Assembly (NCBI RefSeq): GCF_964213995.1
Contig: NC_135830.1
Location: 14,012,001-14,076,000 of the forward strand
Source of the DNA: Mustelus asterias
Lineage: Eukaryota
Reading direction: 5' to 3'
Length of the DNA: 64,000 nt
The position numbers were made by a program, and so were the translations under genes. Within the stretch, counting starts at the first letter, position 1, and the number at the start of each line of letters is the position of its first letter. Shown piece by piece: positions 1 through 12,975 of the stretch. The notes beneath the pieces were generated by a model that saw only the letters and a list, made by a program, of their open reading frames with translations, did no database searches and was not told the origin of the DNA.

Positions 1-3000
1 GCAGAGAAATTTGGAGTGGGAGAGTCAAAATCCAGTTGTCGTGGTCCATGTAGGTGCCAATGACATAGACAAAACAGGAACTAAGGATCTGCAGAGGGAG
101 TACGAAGAGCTTGGGAACAAATTAAAAGCAGAACCAACAAGGTGGTAATCTCTGGATTACTACCTGAGCCACGCGCGAATTGGCGCAGGGTTAATAGGAT
201 TAAGAAGACGAATGCATTGCTCAAGGATTGGAGTGGAAGGAATGGTTTCGAATTCATGTGGCATTGGCACCAGTATTTGGGCAGATGGGACCTGTATAGA
301 TGGGAGGGTCTCCGTTTGAACCGTGCTGGGACCAGAGTCCTAGCGCATCGTATCACGAGGGCTGTAGATAGGGCTTTAAATTAATTTATGGGGGGAGGGT
401 GCAGAGGTCAGAGGAATTACGAAATCAATGGTAGAGGAGAGGGAGCGAGTGCAAGTGAATGAGGGCATTCAAGTAGTTAAAGGAGGAGAGGGCGAGGGAG
501 AGGTTGATAGCATTTCATCAAATCGGGTCCAGATAAAAGCTGGAATAAAGACACTTTGCCTGAATGCACGAAGCATTCGGAACAAAGTTAATGAGTTGAT
601 GGTGCAAATCAGCACAAATGAGTATGATCTAGTGGCCATTACAGAAACGTGGCTGCATGGAGACCAGGACTGGGAGATGAATATCCAGGGGTATCAGGCA
701 TTTAGGAAGAATAGACAGGAAGGAAAAGGTGGTGGGGTAGCTCTGTTAATAAAAGATAATATCAGGGTAGAAGTGAGGGATGACATAGGCTCGAAGGAAC
801 AAAACGTGGAATCGTTATGGGTAGAGATAAGGAATAGTAGGGGGAGAAAGACACTAGTAGGCGTGGTCTATAGGCCCCCAAATAACAATGTTGAGGTGGG
901 AAGGCTATAAACAAGCAAATAATGGATGCGAAAACGGAACGGCAATAATCATGGGGGACTTCAACCTGCATATCAAGTTGGAAGGGGTGGGATGGAGGAA
1001 GAGTTCTTAGAATGCTGTCGGGATAGTTACCTTGAACAGTATGTTACAGAACCGACGAGGGAACGAGTTATCTTAGATCTGGTAATGTGTAACGAGGTAG
1101 GTAGAATTAAGGATGTTTTTGTGAAGGACCCTCTTGGGTCAAGTGATCACAATATGGTCGAATTGCTGATACAAATGGAAGAGGAGAAAGTAGACTCCCA
1201 TACCAGTGTCCTCTGTTTGAACAGAGGGAAGTACGATAGGATGAGGGCTGAATTGGCTAAGGTGGACTGGGAGAGCAGCTGGTAGGTAGGACAGCTGAGG
1301 AACAGTGGAGGATTTTTAAGGAGATCCTTTTCAGTACTCAGCAACAATATACTCCGGTGATAAAGAAGGACTGTCAGGAAAGGGACAACCAGCCGTGGAT
1401 AACGAAGGAAATTAAGGAAAGTATTAAATTAAAGACCGATGCGTACAGAGTGACCAAAAATAGTGAAGAATCGGAAGATTGGGAAAACTTTAAGAAACAA
1501 CAAAGAACGACTAAGAAAGCGATAAAGAAAGGAAAGATAGGTTATGAAGCCAGGCTAGCTCTAAATATAAAAAATGATAGTAAAAGCTTTACAAATATAT
1601 AAAAAGGAATAGAGTGGCAAGAGTGAATGTTGGACCGTTGGAAGACGAGAGGGGGGATTGAATAGTGGGAAATGAGGAAATGGCTGAAACTTTAAATAAG
1701 TTTTTTGTGTCGGTCTTCATGGTGGAAGACACAAATAGTTTACCGAATATTAACGATAGAGGGTTGGTAGGAGGAGAGGTACTCAATACAATTAATGTTA
1801 CCAGGGAGGCAGTGCTTGGTAGACTAACGGGACTGAAGGTGCACAAGTCACCGGGCCCGGATGGAATGCATCCCAGGGTACTGAAAGAAATGTCAGAGGT
1901 AATAACGGATGCGTTAGTGGTTATTTGTCAAAATTCGTTGGATTTTGGGGTAGTGCCGGCGGATTGGAAAACGGCTAATGTTACGCCACTGTTTAAGAAA
2001 GGAAATAGACAAAAGGCGGGTAACTACAGGCTGGTTAGCTTAACGTCTGTAGTTGGGAAAATGCTGGAATCCATCATTAAAGAAGAAATAGCAGACCATC
2101 TGGATAACAATGGTCCGATTAAGCAGACGCAGCATGAATTCATGAGGGGAAAGTCGTGCTTGATGAACTTGTTGGATTTTTATGAAGATGTGACTTGTGC
2201 GGTTGATGGAGGGGAACCGGTGGATGCGGTGTTTTTGGATTTCCAAAAGGCGTTTGATAATTTCATAGAAACCCTACAGTGCGGAAGGAGGCCATTCGGC
2301 CCATCGAGTCTGCACCGACCACAATCCCACCCAGGCCCTACCCCCACATATTTACCCGCTGATCCACACATCTCAGAACTCTAAGGGGCAATTTTTAACC
2401 TGGCCAATCAACCTAACCCACACATCTTTGGACTGTGGGAGGAAACCGGAGCACCCGGAGGAAACCCACACAGACACGAGGAGAATGTGCAAACTCCACA
2501 CAGACAGTGACCCGAGCCAGGAATCGAACCCGGGACCCTGGAGCTGTGAAGCAGCAGTGCTAACCACTGGTGCCTCACAAAAGGTTGCTGATGAAGATTG
2601 GTTCACACGGAGTTGGGGGGAGGGTGTTAGCATGGATTGGGGATTGGTTATCCGACAGGAAGCAGAGAGTCGGAATAAATGGGTGCTTTTCTGGTTGGCA
2701 GATGGTAACTAGTGGCGTGACGCAGGGATCAGTACTGGGGCGTCAACTATTTACCATTTATATAGACGATCTGGAGGAGGAGACTGAGTGTAGGGTAACA
2801 AAGTTTGCAGACGACACAAAGATAAGTGGGAAAGTGAATTGTGTAGAGGGCGTAGAAGGTCTGCAGAGAGATTTGGAGAGGCTGAGTGAGTGGGCGAGGA
2901 TCTGGCAGATGGAGTATAACGTTGACAAATGCGAGGTTATTCACTTTGGAGGAAATAATAGCAAATTGGATTGTTATCTAAATGGAAAAAAATTACAACA

Positions 3001-3743
3001 TGCTACTGTGCAAAGGGACCTGGGGGTCCTTGTGCATGAGACGCAAAAACCCAGTCTGCAGGTGCAACAGGTGATCAAGAAGGCAAATGGGATATTGGCC
3101 TATATCGCAAGGGGGATAGAATATAAAAGCAGAGATGTCTTGCTGCATCTGTACAGGCATTGGTGAGGCCGCAGCTGGAATACTGTGTTCAGTACTGGTC
3201 CCCTTATTTGCGGAAGGATATATTGGCCTTGGAGGGAGTGCAGAGAAGGTTCACCAGTTTGATACCAGAGATGAAGGGTGCTGATTATGAGGAGAGACTG
3301 AGCAGATTGGGTTTGTACTCGTTGGAATTTAGAAGGCTGAGGGGGGATCTTATAGAGACCTATAAGATAATGAAGGGGCTGGATAGGGTAGAGATGGAGA
3401 GATTCTTTCCACTTAGAAAGGAAACTAGAACTAGAGGGAACAGCCTCAAAATAAAGGGGGGTCAGTTTTGGACAGAGTTCAGGAGGAACTTCTTCTCTCA
3501 GAGGGTGGTGAATCTCTGGAATTGTCTGCCCACTGAAGTGGTGGAGGCTACCTCGTTGAATATGTTTAAATCAGGGATAGATGGATTTCTGATCGGTAAG
3601 GGAATTAGGGGTTATAGGGATCAGGCGGGTACGTGGAACTGATCCACTTCAGATCAGCCATGATCTTATTGAATGGCGGGGCAGGCTCGAGGGGCTAGAT
3701 GGCCTACTCCGGCTCCTATTTCGTATGTTCTTATGTTCTTATG
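1..3743 (+). mobile_element. CR1-type LINE, near full length, degenerate (ORF1 3' end plus frameshifted APE/RT ORF2), interrupted by a SINE
   Basis: ORF pieces give CLNARS, AITETW and LGSSDH (endonuclease), and FLDFQKAFD and KFADDTK (RT); SGNH-esterase-like ORF1 end at 142-384; (TATGTTCT)n tail ends at ~3743. Confidence 0.93.
2263..2568 (-). mobile_element. tRNA-derived SINE (HE1-like) inserted in CR1 ORF2
   Basis: Splits KAFD|K(V)PH; minus strand has A/B-box-like head (tggttagcact...ggttcgattcc) and a CR1-like 3' tail. Confidence 0.85.
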
Positions 3744-4450
3744 ACACAACATAATTAAGGGGAGTAATAGTGTATGAGAGTAAAATTGCAGGAAACATAG
3801 AAACTGACTAAATATCTGAGGAGAAAATGATTAATAAAGACTAATGTTGGTACCTGGCAGAAGCAAGGGCAATTATAATCACAAAGAAGCGGCGGAAGAA
3901 TAGAACACAGACTTTGGTTCGGTGTTCACAAATGAGGACAAAGATAACCTCCCAGAATTGAGAAAGAACGAAGGGTCTAATGGGACTTCGGAACTCTCGG
4001 AAATCAGTATTAAAAAGAAATTCGTGGCTGGGGGAATGAGTGGAGTTAAAGGCTGACGAATCACCAGAGCCTCATAACCTACATCCCACAGTATTAAAGG
4101 AAGGGACCCTGGAAATGTTGGTTGCATTGGTGGTCATCTTCCAAAATTCTATCGACTCAGGAATAGTTCGTACAGATTGGAGGGTGGAAAATGTAACCCC
4201 ACTATTTAAAAAGGGACGGATAGAAAACATGGGAATTATAGACCAGTTAGCTTGACATTACTCACCGGAAAGGTGTTTGAGTGTATTACAAAGAAAAACG
4301 TGGTAACTAACTAATTATTAAGCGTCAATGGGATTTGACAATGCCAGCATGGACCTACGAAAGGCATATCATTTTGTACTAAATCTACGGGCGTTTTTTG
4401 AGGATATAAGTAGTAGAATAGATAAAGGAGGACCAGTGGTTAAGGCAATT
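3744..4450 (+). mobile_element. Older degenerate CR1 fragment
   Basis: ORF 4040-4255 LKADESPEP...DWRVENVTPLFKKG. Confidence 0.7.
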
Positions 4451-6199
4451 AACTCATCTGGGGAATGCATTTGTAAAACTAATAAACCGAACTAAAATAC
4501 CTCGGACGTTTTGAACTGTTTATACTGTCATGAGTTCCAATGGTGAAGATCAAAGTTCACTGCAAATTGTTACAGAAAACCACAGATTATTTATCACCAG
4601 GCTTCAGGAGAAACTGGACATTTAAAAAAAAATTCTACAAAAGAGAAGGTTGACTTTCGACTTATTAGAAGTGACAGACATTGCCGCTGTTTAGGCAGGG
4701 ATTTGCGATGATATTTTCAGTCAGTTTCACGGTTGCATTTGCTTACTCTGCATCAAAAAATATTCCCTTACAGATGGATAAAGAGGTAATGCGCATCAAG
4801 GAGTAATTCCTCAGATCGTTGTTTTGTATTTTCTGAACCAGATCATTTGTAAACAAAATCTCCTAAAGATGACAACAACGATTATTGTTCAGAGATACTG
4901 CATCTGTTTAATGCGTTCAGCTGTGTCCTGGTGTCTGGATCAGGCACTGTTCAAATCTGAGTAATATTTTTATATTCGTGTTGCCTGCCAATATAAATTA
5001 CAAATTGTATGGACTTGTGAAGTTAATCTGTTCCTTCCAAGTTCAAACACCGCTGATTATTTTTTCTGTGCATCGACCTTGGACTCTCACTCTTTCAGTG
5101 GCTCTTATTCTGCCTCTATCTCAATACATTTTTGTTGTCTATGTGTTCTATCCGCTCTCCTTCTTGGTGATGCAGCTGACTCTCTGGGGCACGTACTCGA
5201 TGTGGACTTCCAGTGGCAGGAGTAATACAGCTTGGAGTTGTTGAATGGACAAACGCTTTAGATACCTGTGGGTGCACATCAATTCTATGAAGACATCACA
5301 CAGAAAATTGACGTTGTTGAGGAGTTCTTCTTCCAATTGTGGATGCAGTCTTAATGAACAGTAATGCAACTCTGAAGTCAGGTAACGAGAGGGCAGTTAA
5401 CTTGACAACAATATCGTGAAAGTGACAGGGCACCTTACTGAGGAAGTATCAACTTTGCACTTTGCAATCAGAAAACAAAAAGTCAACCTGGCATTCCAAA
5501 GGGTTTTATTCTACTTCTTAATTACCGCCCCCCCCACCCCGCCCCCCCCCAACCCGCCACCACCACCATCCCCGACCCACCCCCTCCTCCCGCATCTTCA
5601 GATGATACTATCTATTAGTTAAAGGGAAACCAGTAGATGACATAAGCTGAATTTCCAAACTTACTTGATAAGATGCATGATAAAGGTTCATTGAGTCGGA
5701 CCAATACATCAGCATGGAAAGAGGACAAGTTATTTAGAACAAGCACAAATAGGTACATGTTACATCTTCAAGTTGAAAGGCTATGAACAATGACGTGCCT
5801 CGCGGATCAGCCCCTCATCCTCAGTTATTTGCAGCTTATTTTAACGACTTACACAAAGAGGCAGAATAAATGTTTGCATTCCTCTGATGATGTCAGGCGA
5901 GGTGAACTGTGGACTGTAAACCGTAAGAAAGGACCGAGAGTCTGCAAGGAAACATAGACAGGATAACTGAATGATAAACAAGGTGGCACCTGAAGTATTA
6001 TAGGCGTAAATATGAGCTTATTCTGTTCCGCCCTACTAATCTGAAATCAAATATTTTTAAAGGCCATGAAGCATCAAAATATTGATACTTGGAGAGAATT
6101 GCATGCGATTTTAAATGTAACACGAAAAAAGACTTGCAGTACTGCTTACGGATTATGGTTGGTCGGATACCCACCTGAACGCTGTGGGGCGAATGGAGC

Positions 6200-6500
6200 T
6201 AAGGTTTATTTATTAGCCACAAGTAGTCTTACATTAATACTGCAATGAAGTTGTTGTGAAAATGCCCTAGTCGTCACACGCCAGCACCTGCTCATATACA
6301 CAGGGAGAACTTCACATGGCCAACTCACCTAACCTGCACATCTTTGGACTGTGGGAGGAAACTGGAGCCCCGGCGGAAACTCAGGCAGACACAAGGAGAA
6401 TGTGCAAACTCCACACAGACAGTGACCCAAGCCATGATTCGAACATGGGTCCCTGCGCTCTGAAGCAGCACGGTGCCAATGTACTGCCCCAACTGTTGGT
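6200..6500 (-). mobile_element. tRNA-derived SINE
   Basis: Shares core gcacatctttggactgtgggaggaaac...tgcaaactccacacagacagtgaccc with other SINE copies. Confidence 0.75.
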
Positions 6501-7252
6501 GATGGGGGGAACCGTGTTCCTTTATCATCGCTTATACCATATATCTCGACAAAACTATCGCCATTCATGAGAAACATGATGTTGAAATTAATGCACTCAT
6601 CACAAGGCTATGTTCTAATTGAGTAGGAGGTGAGTGAAGAGTGAAGAAATTGAGTATTCTTCCTGAACAACCAACTTAACACGTAGCTTGGTCAAATATA
6701 CGAATTTTATTTGGGTTTACAGCACATTCCAAATAGTCTAACAAAATAAACATGTTCTATATACTGTCTGTTCAAATTCACGTTAAATAAAACTTCATAC
6801 CTCACTTATTTTTTCTCCTTGACATTTTTCTCAACACTATTTTTCAATTGGACTCGCTCCTTCACGCGTGGACACCGATGTCTTATTGGGCAGTACAGAT
6901 CCGTGGAACTACTCGGATGGATTGAACCAGCAAATGGTCTCCTTGCCGTGTTGGTGCTTCAGTGAGCATGAAGACCAGACGAATTCCATCCTGAAAAGAA
7001 ACAGATGAGAGCCAGCACCCCGGTTTGTATCTGCCAGTTTCAAGTTGAGTTTGTGAACATACAAAATAATGTTTGTAAATATATAAAAGAGTTGTAAAAA
7101 ATGCTAGAGGGAAGAAAACAGTCCTTTAAATGCTGTTTTTGAGTTCTGTGCTAAAATGTAGAGTACACACAGACTTCAGGTTGCAACATTTGTTTGCAAG
7201 GGACCAAACATCAGGGTTGACTTAATAACAGCCTCCACAGGTTTTTCCTTTC

Positions 7253-7934
7253 TGTTAGGATTTGAATTAAAGAAGACACTCAGCTAACAACGTATGAGTT
7301 TAAAGTAAACTCTCAGCTCAAGGGAACCTATCAGCTTTGATTTTTTTATTGTTGTCAGCATCAAACCAATCGTGGTGTAAGAAAACTGAGAGGTCATGGC
7401 AGATAAAACAGGCCAGAGGAGCAGCCATCTCTAGATAATATCTTGGGTGAACATCTCCAGAGGCCAGGGCAGCCAGTCAAAAAAACATTTGTCTCTACAG
7501 CAGTTCTCGACCCCTGCTAGTTTAAAAATCGCTTTAGAAAACTATCTAACATAAGGATATGGAGTTAGAAAGACATTACAGACTGCGCACAACTACTGAA
7601 GGACTCCAAAATCTTCTGAATCCCATCAAAGCTGGTTGTGTAATTTCTTTGAGAGTGACTAAAATTCTGTGAGTACAGTTTTGGTAATGAATGTTCCTAG
7701 TATTATTTGAACAGCATTTCAGTCGAACCGTACCTTAATTAACATGTTACTTGTTTACTTAAAGTTCTTGGTTATTTAAACAAATAGCTTGTTAATTATT
7801 CACTCAAAGTGAGTAACAGGCATTTTTAAAATTAATAAGCCTCTGAACGTTAATTAAGAACAGTTAGCAGCTTCACAAATAGTTTTTCCAGATTATGATG
7901 TGAGATAAAAGGGATTAACCTCTGTGTCATAACA
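7253..7934. mobile_element. Possible solo LTR
   Basis: Begins TGTTAGGA, ends GTCATAACA (TG...CA with short inverted ends); no clear TSD. Confidence 0.3.
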
Positions 7935-8344
7935 GTATGGTAATTTAATGAATAACAGCAAGACTGGCCAAGTTTGGACAATGTTTCACTGTTACAGAAG
8001 GGCACAAAGTAAATATATGTCGGGAATATAAGCAGAAACAGGAATAGCGCGAGTCCATTTGGCTCGGGGTGCTCTCAAACCTCCACACTTTCAATTGGCA
8101 AGCACGTTTCCTGAACAAGTCTACTGCAGAAATAATACAGGAGTTTAAATTCAGGGCTTTCACTGCCTGGATTCAATTCAATTCCCTGTCTCGATATTGT
8201 GCTCAATGCTGTAACTCACACTCAGTTGCTGGTTTAATAAGAGTCATATTAGACTCGGAACCTTGACTCTGTCTGCTTCACATTTGTCGCAACAGCTTCT
8301 GAGAACGTTTTATTATAACATGAATTACTAGTTTGATCATCCAC

Positions 8345-9700
8345 ATGAACACAATAAATCGGAGCAGGAGTAGACACTTGGTCCATCGAGTCTGTTCCGC
8401 CATTCAATACCGTTATGGCTGATCTTGGGCTACAACTCAGTTTTTCCACCAGTTCCCCATATGCCTGAATTCCCCGAGAGGCCAGAAACCTGTCTATCCC
8501 AACCTTAAATATACTCGATGATGGAGCTTCCATAACTGTCTGGCATAGAGCATTCCAAAGGTTCACAACCATTTCAGTGAAGTAATTTATCCTTACCTTA
8601 GCCCGAAATGATCAGCCCATTTTCCTGAGACTCTGCTGCCGTGTGTTAGAGTTCCCGACCAGCAGAAAAACTCTCTCAGCCTCCAACCTATCAAACCCAA
8701 TCAGACTTGTGTAGGTCGAATGAAATCGCCTCTCATTCTTCCAAACTCCAGAGAATTTCAGCCCAATTTATTCAGCCTCTCATCATACGACAACTCCCTC
8801 ATCCCAGGGATCATCTGCTGAACCTTATCTGCACCGTTTCCAATGCAAACATATCCTTTATTAAATGTGAATATCATATCTGCACAGAATATTCAACATG
8901 TGGTATCAACAAAACCCTGTGCAACTGTAGCGCAGTGGTTAGCACTGCTGCTTCACAGCTCCAGTGGTCCCGGGTTCGATTCCCAGCTCGGGTCACTGTC
9001 TGTGTGGAGTTTGCACATTCTCCTCCTGTCTGTGTGGGTTTCCTCCGGGTGCTCCGGTTTCATAGGAACATAGAAACCCTACAGTGCAGAAGGAGGCCAT
9101 TCGGCCCATCGAGTCTGCACCGACCACAATCCCACCCAGGCCCTACCCCCACATATTTACCCGCTAATCCCTCTAACCTACGCATCTCAAGACTCTAAGG
9201 GGCAATTTTTAACCTGGCCAATCAACCTAACCTGCACATCTTTGGACATCTTTCCTCCCATAGTCCAAAGATGTGCGGGCTAGGTTGATTGGCCAGGTTA
9301 AAAATTGCCCCTTAGAGTCCTAAGATGCGTAGGTTAGAGGGATTAGCGGGTCAATATGTGGGGGGTAGGGCCTGGGTGGGATTGTGGTCGGTGCAGACTC
9401 GATGGGCCGAATGGCCTCCTCCTGCACTGTAGGGTTTCTATGATTTCTATGAACTGCAGCAACACCTCGTTATTCTTGGACCCCAGTCTGCCGACAATAA
9501 AGACCAAAATGTAACTTCCCTTTTAATCATTGCTTGCACCTACATGCTCGCTTTATGCATTCCTTGTACAAAACGCAACTATCCTATTCTTAATATCGAC
9601 ATTTATTTTTTTCCATCTCTTCACAGATGTCGTGCTCTTTCTATTTTTTTTTACCAAGGAGGGAATATCAATTCGCTTACCAAAGTTAAACCCGATCTGA
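8345..9700 (-). mobile_element. CR1 3' fragment with nested SINEs: a + SINE (~8926-9450) itself interrupted by a - SINE (~9061-9250)
   Basis: ORF 8249-8572 VVNLWNAL...FKVGIDRFL; SINE head gtggttagcactgctgcttcacagc at ~8936 resumes at ~9251 after the inverted copy. Confidence 0.8.
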
Positions 9701-9775
9701 GCCTCCACTCATCAAAGCTCTCTATTTCGTTTCCCAGTCCCTCACCTACAGCTTCTAACAGCTAAATTTTGCTAC

Positions 9776-9848
9776 TGGCTCCAGCGAGAATTGAACTCGC
9801 GACGCCTGCTTTACAAGACCAGTGGTCTAACCACTGAGCTCTGGAGCC
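9776..9848 (-). tRNA. tRNA-Thr(TGT), near intact (possibly pseudogene)
   Basis: Reverse complement ggctccagagctcagtggttagaccactggtcTTGTaaagcaggcgtcgcgagttcaattctcgctggagcca; 73 nt, paired acceptor stem, a few stem mismatches. Confidence 0.8.
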
Positions 9849-10809
9849 AAATGCTGCTCACGTGCCCCATAAGTGTAGCATTATCAGTGGATAGAGGACC
9901 AGGATGGAGTTTGAGGTCGGAGGTTTTTGATGAATGTGGAAATGTCTGAGGTGGAGAGCAGGAAGTTAAAAGACACAACTTGAAAGTGACATGATTTGGC
10001 ATGTGTATTGTGTATGTACTTGACATGTATCTTGTGTGTGTCATGTGGTTCTTCTTCAGAGTTTATCGTTAATGTTACATCTCTGACTTTTCCAGCTCTG
10101 ATACAAGTTCATCCAGCTGAAAGATTTAGATGTTGCTCCCTTCACAGACGCTGTGAGCCTTGTTTTTATTAAATGAAGAAATGAACAAAAAGTTATTCAC
10201 TCCGTGACTGGAAATCGAAACCACGTCACGGCGCCGACGCTGATTACTGGACCCTCAGTGACGCTGATGTGAGAGATTTGCAATGAGTTGATCATCTCTG
10301 CACCCATTGCTTCATTTCCAATAACCTTCAATAAAAGAAAAATCACAATGAGGAATGACGGGAAGCGCACATGGCAGGATTTGAACCTCAGTTTGAAAAT
10401 CCCAATCCATCCCCTGGGCCGGGACTGCAGTCTCAATGTTTGCAATCCTGTTGTTTATTTCGACAGAGAGCCATTCAACCGGTGTTCCCGTTTGTATTCT
10501 CTATCGAAGCAACTCCACTCCTCCCAGATTTGACAAAGGGCCATCTGGACTCGAGATGTCAACTTTCTTCACTCCTCACAGATGCTGCCAGAGCTGGTGA
10601 GATTTTCCAGCATTTTCTCTCTTTGTTTCTGATTCCAGAATCCACGATAATTTGCTCCAGTCCTTCCACACTCGTTCCTTTACCTCAACAACTGTTTACA
10701 TTGCTCTGTCGTTCCTCTTTCTTCATGCCAAAAGTGACACGGCACAAACTCCTGCATTCAAACTGAAATGCTGGACTTCAGCTGCTTGGACCAAAATCCA
10801 AATCCATTC

Positions 10810-10890
10810 TAGCAGTGGCTGCAATCGAACCAACGACTCCGTAGGGACTGGACCTTAATCCACCGGTTTACATGACTCGGCTCAGCTACC
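10810..10890 (-). pseudogene. tRNA-Leu(AAG) pseudogene
   Basis: Reverse complement ggtagctgagccgag...ggattAAGgtccagtccctacggagtcgttggttcgatt resembles vertebrate Leu-AAG with long variable arm; many mismatches. Confidence 0.65.
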
Positions 10891-11254
10891 ACGTAAGCAA
10901 TTGTGCCCTTTACTGATATTGTTACTGAAATCCATTAGCAGCAAAGGAGCTGCGAAAGTCCATCAGTTGGCTTGAGCCTGCTCCTTCACTGAATAAATTC
11001 ACCCTGAACTGTGTAACAAGCTGGAATCCCATCCAGTTAGAAACAGAATGAGCTGCAGTGAAGGACCAGCACCATTTAAACTGCCCGTAACCTTGTCTGG
11101 TTCCCAATATCCTGCCAGAAATGACAAAAAAAACCTCCTGTTGAATTTAGTCATTCTTCACTTCAGGACACGAGGCGAGATTGGGTTTCATATGTTCCAC
11201 CAGGCAATAACTGACATTTGTTTTTACGGTTTGGATCAGAGCAACAAATCTCCA

Positions 11255-11320
11255 TCTCCTGACTTGCAATCTAAACAGCAGTGAAAGTGTCAAACTCTAA
11301 CCACCAGAGCAGCAGCTTGC
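11255..11320 (-). pseudogene. Highly degenerate tRNA-Glu(TTC)-like relic
   Basis: gcagtgaaagtgtcaaactctaaccaccaga resembles the reverse of the Glu-TTC D and anticodon arms. Confidence 0.35.
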
Positions 11321-11962
11321 AGCCTGTTTTACAACTTGCTTTATGCACACTGCATTTGTTGTTTTATTTTACTGAAACTAGCTTTCACTTCATTTTGAGT
11401 TCTGGACTGTGGTGGGATCCGGACGTTTGAGCCTGGGCCACAGGATTCATACTCCACTGATTTTACCACGATGTCACCAGCTTCCCGGAAGTATGTAAGT
11501 GTAAATCCTCCACATGGAATCAAACCGCTTAATTTCACATTAAGAACAGTGCATTGTGTTAATCAGTGTCAGACACTCAGGATACCGGGGAATTCACGAG
11601 ACATCTACTGCTTTCAGTCAAAGGCAGAGCAATGTGGTGAATCCTCAGCGAGAGCGACGAAAGCTCGTGATTCCAAATAAACCTGCTGGACTTTAATCTG
11701 GTGTCGTGAGAATTCTTACCGGTTTGCTGAAGGGCATTTTATTAAAATTCGCAAAAAGTCGATGTTTTAAAAAAATAGGAACTTTCAGCAAATCGCAATG
11801 CGATCACATTGCAGATGATGTAGGGAGTGACTCTCCTGGCACCACTGCTGCAGCCCCAGAGGATGATTGCTCAACAACACAAAAAGTTCAGAGATGAAGT
11901 GGTTGACGGCTTCACCTATTCATCTGTCCCAGTTTAAACAAGAGGAGGGTCGATGAGAATAG

Positions 11963-12034
11963 TGGTTCCACCAAGATGCAAACTCGGATGGCTGGATTCA
12001 AAATCCAAAGTGCTAACCATTACACCATGAAACA
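11963..12034 (-). pseudogene. tRNA-Gln(TTG) pseudogene
   Basis: Reverse complement tttcatggtgtaatggttagcactttggattTTGaatccagccatccgagtttgcatcttggtggaacc; T-loop mutated. Confidence 0.75.
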
Positions 12035-12181
12035 GGCATGGATTGTTCTGGGGCATGAGGCCTTTTTCCACCCCCCTTCCCCGCACCTCCCCCCCTTCCC
12101 CGCCCCACACACCATGCACGCACACACACACACACAGACGCACACACACACATGGCCAGTAATGTGCTGATCACATTAATG

Positions 12182-12253
12182 TCCCTGTTGGTCTCGTGGT
12201 TAGGATTCGGCGATTTCACCGTCGCAGCCAGTTTTCGATTCCCAGTCAGGGAA
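12182..12253 (+). tRNA. tRNA-Glu(TTC), probably pseudogene
   Basis: tccctgttggtctcgtggttaggattcggcgatTTCaccgtcgcagccagttttcgattcccagtcagggaa; T-stem mismatches. Confidence 0.75.
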
Positions 12254-12429
12254 TGATGATTCATTGCTCTCATGCAGCACATGAATTAGGAGGAGCTGGA
12301 ATTGTTTCCTGATCGAAAACGGGTGTGATACTTCTACCAGGTTGAGCAGCAGGGAGGAAGAAATCAGCCTTATTCCACAATGCTGTCACTTATCGACAAC
12401 AATTCGTATTTACATTGAGAAGTCTCAGA

Positions 12430-12600
12430 ACAGCAGGCTAAAGTCCAACAGGTTTATTTGGAATCACGAGCTTCCGGAGTGCTGATAAAATAAAGCAATT
12501 TTCTTTTATTACCGGAGCAAATAAACTTGTTGAACTTTAACCTGGTGTTATGAGACTTCATGTTGTGCCCATCCCAGTCCAACGCCGGTATCTTCACATC
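12430..12600. repeat. Penelope-like terminal-repeat fragment (related pieces at ~11650-11720 and ~56065-56232)
   Basis: aaataaacctgttggactttaacctggtgtt...cagtccaacgccggcatctcc motif shared with the 3' end of the element at 53917-54653. Confidence 0.6.
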
Positions 12601-12906
12601 ATTGCAATTGCTGGTACATCGTCTCAGAAAAAGTGAGATACCTTCTACTGCATTAAACTTCATTGTAGCTCACCACATATAAAGAGCAATGTCAGCATCA
12701 TTCTGTGATAAAACTTATTGTGGTAAACCTGTTGAAAAACTTGAGCTGATCACAGCTCGTTTTTTAGCACGCTGGAAGCTAATGTGAAAAGATGAACAAT
12801 TTCAAAGCTAAGCAACGTGCGAAAGACTAGAAAGAGAATGCGACTGTGCTTGATTGGCACAGTGCATATTCCTGTACTCAAGATCTGGGAGAATGAGGAA
12901 GATAAG

Positions 12907-12975
12907 ACCCTGGTGGTCGAGTAGTTAGGATTCGACACTTTCAGGGTCATAGATCGGCTTCGATATACTCAAGTT
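12907..12975 (+). pseudogene. tRNA-Glu(TTC) pseudogene, second copy
   Basis: ccctggtggtcgagtagttaggattcgacactTTCagg...; 3' flank ttcctgatcgaaa shared with the 12182 copy. Confidence 0.55.

Noticed and set aside
7134-7225. J-segment-like sequence (tgtttttga, 12 bp, then ...tttgcaagggaccaaacatcagggttgac, FGxGT-like)
   Set aside because: No recognisable heptamer, the FGxG frame needs indels, and no splice donor follows
8926-9000. tRNA gene at SINE heads (also ~2500-2568, ~39509)
   Set aside because: tRNA-like region runs straight into SINE body; no full cloverleaf
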